64,000 bases of DNA from Macrostomum lignano (Eukaryota), in the NCBI GenBank assembly GCA_002269645.1, contig NIVC01003614.1:23621-87620 (forward strand), given 5' to 3'. The stretch's first letter is position 1; the number at the start of each line of letters is the position of its first letter. Shown here in pieces: positions 49,903 to 60,517 of this stretch. A model generated the notes under the pieces. It was not told the origin of the DNA. It saw only the letters and a program-made list of their open reading frames with translations, and did not search any database. The position numbers were made by a program, and so were the translations under genes.

Positions 49903-50662
49903 AAATCTACGAGTAATTTTAGATTCAGTCGCTGAGGCGCACGAGAGTGACTGTGGTAGCTCTCTTGCTGCGTGCTTGCCACAGGTACAGCTGGATCAGA
50001 AGCTCAGTTTTGTAATTTTTTTTCGATTCTGTCAAGTCTCGGCCAAATCTAGCCAAGCGAAGACATACAACGAGTCAACCAGAGTTATTTGTGTAACGGG
50101 TTCAGTGCAAGGACTTCTATACTACTATGTAGTGGTCCTTGGGTCAGCATATGAGGAGAGTTAAAGTGTGTATTAGGGGTATCCTTGCGGAACTCCATGA
50201 ACAAGCGTTCTACAATTCCGCATATAAACATGCATGCCTCAAGTGCGTAGTTTTCGCCACAAGACACGCAGTATCCATGCAGTGAGAGCCGGATGACCCA
50301 GAAAGCAGAAAGGCGGTAATTGATTTGGGAAAAATCGGTTGCGTACCCGACAAAGGCTTGGAGTGCGCGTCTCTGTGGATCAAAAAATTGATTTGCAATA
50401 GTTGTCCAAGGCATGAAGCCTGTTAGAATCCTTATCAGTCCGTACAAAATGTGAGAAATTACTTGAAGTTTGAGTAAATCAAAGTTATGCAGATCTATAA
50501 GTTTTGGTCTGACAGCTCTGACAGGCCGAGACCGCGTCACCTGCAGCGGCACCAGCGGCACCATAAATGAGAGCCCAGCGACCGAGCCCGAGACCCAATC
50601 AGCAACTCAACCCAGCAGCCAGTCTCAAGAAGCCAGCAACCAAAGCACCCAGCTCAGCAGCC

Positions 50663-50950
50663 ATGTACAACGTCGTCTGCCTGTTCGCTCTCGTGGCCTT
50701 CGCCGCCGCCGCCTACACTCCGGAGCAGAAGAACGAGGTCGTGAACGACATCATTCACGAGGTCGTTCCCGTGCTCAGCATCGACACCAACTGCCTGCTG
50801 CAGAACGGCATCAGCTCCGTGAACTGCCTGATCTCCAACCTGGCCTCCTGCTACTTCGCCCACGGCACCAACATCAGCCAGCTGGCCGGCTGCCTGGCCA
50901 ACAAGTGCGGCGGCAGCGCCATCCAGATTCTCAGCTGCATCAAGCTGTAA
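50663..50950 (+). CDS. Small secreted cysteine-rich protein, 95 aa, family unknown
   Basis: GCCATG start; signal peptide MYNVVCLFALVAFAAAA; 6 Cys in the mature part; extreme C/G-ending codon bias; AATAAA at 50970-75. The real start is Met 50663, not the 50567 start of the ORF track. Confidence 0.85.
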   Translation: MYNVVCLFALVAFAAAAYTPEQKNEVVNDIIHEVVPVLSIDTNCLLQNGISSVNCLISNLASCYFAHGTNISQLAGCLANKCGGSAIQILSCIKL

Positions 50951-52515
50951 TTTTTTAGGATTCAAACTAAATAAATTATCAGAAAGCAAGCGCAAATCGG
51001 CTAAACAAAAATTTGCAGCACTACTGCTTGAACTCTTCAATTTCCCTGCTTGTTACCTTGTTACTTGTTACCAGGTACCAATAAAAAAACATTTTACCTC
51101 GTAAAAGGCAGTGTGCCGTGCTTAATGACTTACACTGCAGCATTAAAATATCTTACCGTTGACCGTTGAGGTTGAGGTACAATTGTACTATTCCGTTCCT
51201 GCAGAGCTTCAAGAAATGCTAATACTATGACTAAAATATACATTTAGCGACAGAACAAAGGGCTGAGAGGGACAAAGATGAACTATGTCGCTCTACATCA
51301 CCTTTCCGTCTCAAGTCAGAACCAGGCACCTGGGCTATATACATGTATACAGCTAACTTGTTCAATACGTCAAGCTTGCATCGGGTTAGAAATGAAAATA
51401 GCAATTTAGTATCACAGATGCGTGCAGAGCTTTTTAAAAATAACGAAAGTCGTTGATGTTGATGTTTAAAACGTCACCTGGAAATTTAACAATTGGTTTG
51501 AACTGCATGTTTTATTCATATTTAATTAAATAATATTAAATAAGTTGCGTGCGGAGACTGACTTCTGAGACTTCTGAGACTGACAGAGACTGACTTCTGA
51601 GTCAGTCAGGCCGGCAAGTGTATGATGTCTGCCTGCTGTGGTATGACTTGAATTGACTAAAAATATTCACTCGTCGATATCGTCCTACCATGGCCAGCAG
51701 TCCTTGAACACGGGTCTGTTTGCTGACTTTTGTAAGTAAAAATGCATAGCGGATGGCCGCACAGAAGTATGAAGTGTACAGCACAATGTACAACCAAGTC
51801 TTTGTATGGATCCAAAATGCTCCATGCTAAAGCTTCGTGGTAAAATTTATTTTCAATAATTCCTCTGCATTAATCTTTTTTTGCGTCATCAGCCGATTGC
51901 AAGGCAGTTCTGTCCCTTAAAAATAGACTAAAGATTCTGCCAGAAGAAACTGGAGCTAGCTATAAAAAAATTGTTGGCTTCTTCAGCAGGCAAATTGTTT
52001 CACTTACCCCGGTTGCCAACCATTCCAGCTGAGGAAACAAACAAGCTGACTGACTCAGAGATATTGGAAATGCGAAAGATTTTCCTCACCCACACTGCAC
52101 CAGGTGCGCTAAGTATAGAGCGCGGCCGAGATAATGGACTTCCATTTGCCTCCATCAAAGCTCCACGTTCGCTGTTCTCCCAAACATGATGCGCTGCTTC
52201 CACTCTAATTCGGCAGTTTTTATCCTCCTGATGGATAAGTTTTCATGCCAAAAATAAAGCCGAAGAGAAATTGCATTTATCGTATTCGCTAGCCGAGACA
52301 AACCACAATTGGGAAGTTTTTCACCCCCAACCGCAGCGATAGGCCGAGCGAGCCAGAGTGACTCGAGCCGATGATGACTTTGGCTAGGATGGGGACTATT
52401 TCACTGAGCTGCACTGAGGACTCTGCTGGGGTCTGCTTCTAATTCTGTCCAGAGACTCATCTGTTGGATTCTGTCAATCTCGATTCAGCAAGCTAATAAG
52501 CCCTAACAAGGCAGT

Positions 52516-52867
52516 ATGACTACCCCAGCTCGGCAGTACACGTTGCTGATGGCCGTTCTTCTCGGCGGGGCCCTGCTGACGCAGCACCTGGCCTCAGCCA
52601 GACCCACCAACGCCAAATTCAAGGACGTCGAAGAGACCGTGGACGAGGCATTGGCTTCGCGGCCGCCTCCACCGCCGCCGCAGCGACTGATGCGAGCTCC
52701 GGACCGACGAACGGTGGAGAACCCGGATGAGCAGCGAGCCAAGCTGATGTCCAGCCTGCTCAACAGCCTGCGATGGTCCGGCCAGATGAGGTGAACAATC
52801 TGTGGCTATTCAAAATAATAAGCATCTGTTACACATTCCTCGATTCTGTTTCAGATTTGGCCGCTGA
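52516..52867 (+). CDS. NPY/NPF-like neuropeptide prohormone, 95 aa, ending GQMRF-G-R-stop (predicted ...QMRFamide)
   Basis: Exon 52516-52790, 64-nt intron 52791-52854 (GTGAAC...TTTCAG), exon 52855-52867. Signal peptide, ENPDEQR motif, phase-2 intron inside the Arg codon of RF, and a Gly-Arg amidation signal. Confidence 0.8.
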
Positions 52868-53929
52868 AGAATCAAACCAAGCTGAAGGCACTCCATCTCT
52901 GATTCACTGTGACAATCAGCTGAGGAAGAACATTTTTCCCGAAAAGCTGTAAAATACACGAAAAAGTTCAGAGAGTTGCGCAGTTTTATTGAATTTGTCT
53001 TAGTTTCAATTTTGTACAACTTTAAAAAAACATAATGAAAAGAGTAATCTATATATGAGCCAGTTTAGTCTAGGAGCAAGCAAGTTAGAATTAAGATATT
53101 GAAGACTTGCTTTTCATTGTCAATGGTCCAAAAGGAGGTCTGTGAAGCGATCAATTTAAGAAGTTTGGCATGCAATTGTGCAGGCCTCTTAGACCATAAG
53201 GAAATAACAGATTTTATTAGACAAACAGAGATATGGCAAATGACGAATAATTTAGAGACGTCGAGAGAGGTGAGAATATTTTGCGATGGCCGAACGTAAA
53301 TAGAAAAGCAGTGCATTCTACGCTACGACATCATGGGGTTGCGGAGATCGAGCAACACAAGCAACTGCTTCTTTCATCACTGGACACCTATTCAGACCAC
53401 AGATACTAAAATGGCTAGATGGGCCACTCAGGCATATATACTTAGTAAAACAGCTTTCTACTTTCAGTTCAGTAGCAAAGAAGAATACATAAGCTATTTT
53501 TTTTAAATAAAGGCGGCTGAAATGACTTTGATAAGTTTAAGAAGCCCAAGCTTGCAGGCGTAAACAACTTGCTAATTGGTTCAGCAATAATGTACATTCG
53601 CCAGTCCACTTTTGCCACTGGGCTGATGCTGTCAATGAGAATTAGACGATCTTAACTTTTTTTCTATGTAGGCTTCAAATAGGGTAATTTTAAATTCAAG
53701 TTACATTTTATGGGTAAGCTTTTATGTACCCCTAATCTCTTCAATAGGTACCCATGTCTCAATTCAAGTTTAGGTATATAAAAGCAATCCCCATGAAGAA
53801 TCATCCCACCTTAGAACCCCCTATTCCCCATGCCCCAGCTACATGAAAGCAAAGCTTAAATTTGAAATCAAAAGCCCATATAGAGACTCAAATAAATACT
53901 CAAATCAAAATTGCAGCTAATTTACTAGC

Positions 53930-54268
53930 TTGTCTCTGCTTCATGTGTCTGTTTCATTTCCTAGCGGGTTGTCGGGTTGTCTCTGCTTTATTTGTCTGTT
54001 TCCTAGCGGGTTGTCGGGTTGTCTCTGCTTTATGTGTCTGTTTCCTAGCGGGTTGTCGGGTTGTCTCTGCTTTATGTGTCTGTTTCCTAGCGGGTTGTCG
54101 GGTTGTCTCTGCTTTATGTGTCTGTTTCCTAGCGGGTTGTCGGGTTGTCTCTGCTTTATGTGTCTGTTTCCTAGCGGGTTGTCGGGTTGTCTCTGCTTTA
54201 TGTGTCTGTTTCCTAGCGGGTTGTCGGGTTGTCTCTGCTTCATGTGTCTGTTTCCTAGCGGGTTGTCT
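53930..54268. repeat. 42-bp minisatellite, ~8 copies
   Basis: Unit TGTCTCTGCTTTATGTGTCTGTTTCCTAGCGGGTTGTCGGGT. Confidence 0.94.
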
Positions 54269-54718
54269 CTGGTTGATTTTTCTGTCTTCTTGTGAGTTGT
54301 CAAACAGCAAGAAAAGTGCTTGCTCAGACAATTGTTTAGGACCCGAGCAGCGGGTCAACCTGCTAGTATACCGCAAAGTTCAAGAAGTCTCCTTCTCCTT
54401 GGACAATGGAAAGCAAGTCTTCAATAGCTTTATTCTCCCGCTAAATTGAACTGCATGCATCTGGGTAAAGTTTTCTATATTAGTTGGGTTGAAAAGAGTT
54501 GAAAATTTTAGAATGAAATCGTTTGTTCAGAACTTCAATATCTAAACAAGCATATTATCTGAATAAAATATCCAAGTTAGTCTGATATCAGAGTCCGAGT
54601 AGTTATCTGTGCATGCAACCTTTTTATAATAATAAGCAAACCGTTTTGTGATACGCCTTGAGTTGGTTTAAGAGCATATCAACGTGCAAACGTAATGCTT
54701 TATTCATGCGCCATTGTG

Positions 54719-57214
54719 TCACAAAAAGTTGCATGACTTCAACTTCTCTCGGATGTCCTCGTTGTCATGCCCGTCAATCGTCCGGTCAGCACTGGTCTGC
54801 GTTTGTGTTTCATCATTCTGGTCCTGTTTGTTGTCGATGCTTGACTTCGCTTTGGCAGTTGCAGCACGCATAAGCCGGATGTCCTCCTGCGTGACGGCCG
54901 TCTCCGCCAGGGCGGCGTTCTTCCGTTGCTCCTGCTTCAGAGCCGCCCAGTAGGTGGAGGCTGGGGGGAAGCCGATGAATCCGTAGACCCGTTGGTGGCC
55001 CTTGAACGCGTAGCTGTGGTGCAGGCTGAGGTTCACGGTGCAGCTCAGGTCTTCCCTACCATCCAGTCGCCTCTGTCGGGTGTTGAGGTGCTGCCTGACG
55101 TAGCTGTTCATCGCCTGCAGCAGGCGGTCCAGAAACTTGATGTCTGGCTCTGGTGATCTCGATTCCAAGGCGTGCTTTGGGTGCTCAAGTGAGCCGAAAC
55201 CGAGCATTGGCTGCTCCTGGTGCGGGATGAGCAAAAAGTCCTCAAACAGGTCGAATTCTCCCCGCAACCGCTTCGCGGGCTTCCGTTTTGCGACTTCCGA
55301 CGGCGGGTTCCGGCGCGTCACCAGCAGCTCCGGCATCTTGACCAGCTGCAGCCTGCGAAGCACGTTCTTCTCGTACAGCTTCATTGTAAGACGGGGATCC
55401 TTGTCGCTCGAGCTCGAGCTCTCCTTGGAGTAGGTCCAGAACTCGGTCACGTAGCTCTTGTCGGGCCAGTTGGGGATCGCACAGCTGCTCTTTTTCTGGC
55501 GCACGCCCGGCTTTACAGGCGGATTGCAGACCTCGAAAATCTCCAGGTACTTGGTGTGGTCCGGAACGATGATGTAAGCGAAGAACGCCGGGTAGGCATT
55601 GGTGCGATACTTTCCGTGCGGTACCTGCAGCGTGCAGTGGCCAAGGTTGTAGCTTGTGGTGATGTCCGTGGCCGCCTTCACAAGGTCTTGCCGTTCCTCT
55701 GCGTCCAGACAGTCGTACAGCTGCTTGTGGAACTTGTAGTGCAGCAGGAACCTGGGCAGGCAGTGCACCAGATCGAATCGCACCGTGAAGCTGTCGTTCT
55801 TCCTGCGCGCAAACAGCAGATCGTAGTACTTTGCAACACTATTGAAGGGCGAATTGGCAGCTGATGCCTCTTTTAACTCGCAGCAATCGCATGGATACCT
55901 GCCATCGCTACCATCAACGAAATCCTGGCGAAGCTCTCTGCAGAGCTTGTCTCGTGCTTCCTGCTCTTCTGGGCTTAAGACTTCGGAAGTTGGCGCTGCC
56001 ACGAGGCCGCAGAGGCTGAGCAGCTGTGCTTTGCGTGCCTTCTCTTGCTCAGATTCTCTCTGGTATTCGCTGCGCTTTCCCTGCGATCCATGCTTAGCTG
56101 GCTCAAGCGATGTTTCTAGACGCTGGTTAAAGTCCACAGTGTCCGTCCCAACCTTCGACGATTGCGTGTTGCCAATTGTTTTCGTCGCCTCAACAGGCTC
56201 ATCTCCGCCTTGATTTTCGTCCTCGTTTTCATCAGAAATCACGCCATCAGGCTGGTCTAAGCCGATTCTGCTTCGGGGACCACGGCTGCGCCAACCGTCT
56301 TCTGCGCTTGGCGCGGCGCTCTGAGCCTGGAGCTTAACCAGCCAAGCAAATTCGTAGTCATCGACGCTTTCACCTGGAGTTGGAAGGTGCTTGAACCGCT
56401 GCTTGTGCTGGAGATTGCGATCCTGTAGCTGCAGCTGCTCGTATCTGGCTAGGCGGAACAGCCGCTGACTCGGCAGCAGGCCGGAGTCGTGATCATCTCT
56501 GGCCTGCAAGTACGGGTCCATCGGTAATTCAACGTTGCCCTGCTCGTCTGTTATCTGTCCAAATCTGTCCTCATGAAAGAAGTTCTTCACTTGCTTTTTT
56601 AGCGACCCGATTAAATTAGATTTCTTCTTCTGCTCATTCTTGGTTACCGGAATACCCTGAGTAAGTATCTTCGTGAAGTCGATCGTTTGCACTTGCTCGC
56701 CAACAGGTGCAAAAACGTCTTCGTCCGTCACAGAGGTGTCACTCCGTTCTGTCGGTGTGGCACTTGACAAATCAGTTACTCTTACCTCCCCGCCTTTGGA
56801 AACATTTCTATCCTTAGCGTCGACAGCGTCCTTGCCCTGCGCCGGTTTAGCCGGACTCTGCGGAAGGTTCGGTGTTTGAAGACTAGCAGGAACTGCGCCG
56901 CCTGTGCCGCTCCCAGACTGCGGCTCAGTAGCCCGCGAAATGCCAGAAGCTGCCCGACTGTGACTTCGTTGGACATCCGATTTTGAATCGCCTTTGGTGG
57001 CACTTGATGACAGCGATTTAGCGTTGGTAGATTTAGGATAGGTGGCCACTGACGCTGAATTGGCATCGCTTTTAGTAGAAGCATTTTGCGAGCTCGATCG
57101 ATCCTGGACGCCTACAGAGGACGTTGCCCTGTGCTGCGGCTCAGCCTCTGTAGATGTTGGCCTCTGCTGGCCGATGGATGTCGAGGGTCGATTTGGCACT
57201 GGTGCAGCCAGCAT
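54719..57214 (-). CDS. Intronless hypothetical protein, ~831 aa, with disordered Ser/Thr-rich N-terminus and a predicted folded C-terminal half; family not recognised
   Basis: 2.5-kb uninterrupted non-repetitive ORF. First ATG at 57214 (the track starts at a GTG at 57304). TATAAAAG at 57309-57316; AATAAA at 54699-54704, 15 nt after the stop. Confidence 0.8.
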   Translation of the reverse strand: MLAAPVPNRPSTSIGQQRPTSTEAEPQHRATSSVGVQDRSSSQNASTKSDANSASVATYPKSTNAKSLSSSATKGDSKSDVQRSHSRAASGISRATEPQSGSGTGGAVPASLQTPNLPQSPAKPAQGKDAVDAKDRNVSKGGEVRVTDLSSATPTERSDTSVTDEDVFAPVGEQVQTIDFTKILTQGIPVTKNEQKKKSNLIGSLKKQVKNFFHEDRFGQITDEQGNVELPMDPYLQARDDHDSGLLPSQRLFRLARYEQLQLQDRNLQHKQRFKHLPTPGESVDDYEFAWLVKLQAQSAAPSAEDGWRSRGPRSRIGLDQPDGVISDENEDENQGGDEPVEATKTIGNTQSSKVGTDTVDFNQRLETSLEPAKHGSQGKRSEYQRESEQEKARKAQLLSLCGLVAAPTSEVLSPEEQEARDKLCRELRQDFVDGSDGRYPCDCCELKEASAANSPFNSVAKYYDLLFARRKNDSFTVRFDLVHCLPRFLLHYKFHKQLYDCLDAEERQDLVKAATDITTSYNLGHCTLQVPHGKYRTNAYPAFFAYIIVPDHTKYLEIFEVCNPPVKPGVRQKKSSCAIPNWPDKSYVTEFWTYSKESSSSSDKDPRLTMKLYEKNVLRRLQLVKMPELLVTRRNPPSEVAKRKPAKRLRGEFDLFEDFLLIPHQEQPMLGFGSLEHPKHALESRSPEPDIKFLDRLLQAMNSYVRQHLNTRQRRLDGREDLSCTVNLSLHHSYAFKGHQRVYGFIGFPPASTYWAALKQEQRKNAALAETAVTQEDIRLMRAATAKAKSSIDNKQDQNDETQTQTSADRTIDGHDNEDIREKLKSCNFL

Positions 57215-57308
57215 TATCTGGCGTGAGACTGTAGTCGAGTTAGAGTCGTCTTTTGAGGCTACACAACTTTTATTTTCTCTCTCTAGAACCCGTCGGCAGC
57301 ACACCTTA

Positions 57309-57316
57309 CTTTTATA
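57309..57316 (-). promoter_or_regulatory. TATA box of the 831-aa orphan gene
   Basis: TATAAAAG about 95 nt upstream of the first ATG. Confidence 0.5.
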
Positions 57317-60300
57317 AAGTGTGCTTAAGCGTACAACATAGAAGATTAAATCTAGCAGAGATGGGTGGGTTAAATAAGATGTATAAACTGAATTCGGCTA
57401 GTGAAAATGCTGGCTCAGCTTGAATAGGCTCCATTGTTATCTGAGTGGTGGCGAGTACAGAGCTGCATGCGATACTCTTGGGTTGAAAGCATTTAAGGCT
57501 GACTGACTGTACGTGGAGGCACTATAATAGCTCCGACATGAAGATGCACCCCTGTAGAAAAATTTAGCCTGTGCTCTGTGTTAAATTTCCAGGATTTCTC
57601 TCCTTGGTAGCAGCCATCATAGAGACGACGATTTGACCCAGCAGGTGACGCGCCATTTAATTAGCATGGGTGTCAAAGCCAGATGAGCCATGTTACGCTG
57701 ATTTATGATTTCGTGGAAAGCGCCGTGGGCACCAGTACAAAGGCCGCTATTGCCAAGGGCTCTAGTCGTAGCCATACAGTATATGGGCGCGGCCATTACA
57801 TGTACTACATGTACTACAAGGCAAGTGATAGTATCGATTAGTGATCTATTTAATCATATAGCGATTACATGTATATTTCACACCGATCTGACACTCAGGT
57901 ACCATATCATAAAGTTAATAAAATGTGCTTGTTTTAAGCGATTTGTTTTTTTCGAATTGCGAAGCGAAAATAATTTATTTACGCGGATGAACGTGAAAAC
58001 ACGGCATAAAAGTCTAAACACTTCAAACAAGAAGGCATATAGTTTCAGCTTTTACTGCAAAAAACCAAATCCATGAGCTAAATAAACAAATAACAAAATA
58101 CTGCGAGAAAAATTAACTGTTATTGTACATGTATATATGTATATATTGATTGACAATTGATCACTAACGTAAAGTCGCATCTATAAGCTGCCTTCTTTAA
58201 ATGCATTAAGTGGTATGTGAAAGTAGGTTTTATACATGCATGAAAATGCAAGAAAAATGCGAGTTTGAATATATTCCTAACAATTTTTCATAAAGTGAAG
58301 AAAGGATTAAAAACTGGTTGCTTGCATGCAAAAATATAAGCCCGAATGAAAGATGACATCATTGTGACGTTGCTAGTTTAAGTGGTCCCGCAAAAGGGCC
58401 GTTGGACTATAGTTTCCCTTGCAATTTCTCGTTTTAATTTCTCCAATAGTTTATTTTAACGTTTACTTGTAGTAGCGTGCAAATAATCTGTATCAACTGC
58501 TAATTCACTGTGTATTTGGTAGGCCTTGCGCTCGTCTGTGAATTTTGGCACGATCGATAATTTCAAGTTCTCTCGCCAGCCAATGAAAAATCTCCGCGTG
58601 TATTTTGCTAGCCCTCTGCGCTCTTTATTAACCCCGCCTGGCGGCGGGCTCCTCATTTCTGCCCCTTCTCCTGCCTTCTGTCTGCCTCCTTATCTCTCGC
58701 CACGGCTCCTGTGTCTGGGCCAGCCTGTTTACACTGCCTGCCACTGTCTGCCACGGCTAACGCCAATCTCACCACTACGCATCCGCCATTGCTGTGCTCA
58801 TCGCCGTTACTCACCACGTTGCATCGCCTTGCATCACTCGCCTACCACTCGACTACAATTTCTAATTCACCTTCAATTCAAAACCATTATTGCAGCCGCC
58901 AGTGTCCCAAAAGCGCAATAAGTTCTGTATTAACATTAACCAATTTGAATATTGATCTCAAGAATAAAACAACTACGGCAGTTACCTGCCTAGTACGCCA
59001 AGTGCTCCGCTACACAATCCGCTTCTCAAGACTTGACTCGATTCATTTTGGGACTACGACTTACGACAACTCGTAAAACGGCCCTTCTAAGGGTCATAGC
59101 CTCTACGCCAATAACGTGAAAATCATCAAAATGCAAACAAATTTTTGTTGAAAAGAATAAAAGCCCAATATTGATCATTTGAGTTTTTTATTAATGTTGT
59201 GAGTTCTACAAGTCCTCCAGTATTGCATTGTATTGTCCGTCCAGCAGTATTGTATTGATTAAAGCATTATTATCTGTGGAAAGGGGTTTTTCAATACGCA
59301 ATAACATTTGTTTTAGTTATAACAAAAATACTAGTTTGATAATGGGGAAACCACAGTAAAAATTTCAATAACAGTGCAATGCAGATAAATATTACACTTT
59401 TTTTCACAACGATCTTTTAGACCTCCTGTAAAACTAATGACAACAAGTAACCATGAAGGTTTACTATTTTGAAATCCAAGTAAAGTCGTAATCGAGGTCA
59501 ACGAAGTCTTATCATATTTATAGATTGCAGTTTTTCTCACTTCCTAATTCTTCTTATTTCTTAAAAAAAGAATATTGTTACTTCTTACAAAAACATCAAT
59601 TTAAGTATTGAAAGTTTGCCTTTAATCGATTTAAATCATATTTAACTCATATTTTTTACTGCAACAGTTTATCTATGTACAACAAAACAATTGACATAAT
59701 TCAAAGAACCAGAATTAACTTTAACTAATTTTAATTATACTGTCACAAAAAATTGTGCTCAGAAAATTTTTATTGGCTTTTAAAGTCGAATACAGAAGGG
59801 ACCAGACTATCTAAAATTTACTTTCGTTCCAAAGCATTTACTAAAATTCTCGTGTTAATTACAAAAGATTCCAACACCAATATTTTGTTTTTAAAAATTA
59901 AGAGAAAATAAATTAAGAGAAATATTTTTAAAATCTAATTTTTCCTTTTCAATTCCATAGATTTTTGCCTTGAAACATAAAATTTAGATATAATAAGCAG
60001 GTAATACAAAAATCATATTATTTGACAAATTTCAATTTAACTAAGTACATATAATGCATAATTTTTTAATGTCTTCCTTGGAGCTGCGAGAAAAAGTAGC
60101 TCATCCATAATAAATCTATTTAATCTAGATAATTACTATGGATAACTAAAATTTCCTTATAGGATCTAAGTAGGTATCTGATAAACAGAATTTTAATAGC
60201 TAATACAAATAACAAACATTCGAACTGTGCAATCCACTCGTGAACCTAGTAAAAATACATATTTTAGACTTATAAAATTGGAAAACCATTTGAACCTTTA

Positions 60301-60517
60301 TTTCCATCGTAGATTGGCAAACTATTTTAAAATTCTTTAATTCCTCTGTTTTACCATCTAAAAATCAATAACAGCTACTAAACCTTTTCCTGAATTCACG
60401 AGAGCCCTCCGATGTGGGAGGGGCCGAACGGATCGGCTCAGCTCACAGCCGCCACTCGCGGCCAGTGCGGTCAGCCAAGCGGCCTGCGCTGCACAAACGG
60501 CTGACCAAACACTCGAA

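Noticed and set aside
50085-50564. 159-aa minus-strand ORF
   Set aside because: GTG start, no recognisable motif, and it overlaps the promoter region of the secreted-protein gene.
52791-52794. Stop-codon readthrough or selenocysteine at the TGA after GQMR
   Set aside because: A canonical short intron explains the sequence and restores a conserved motif.
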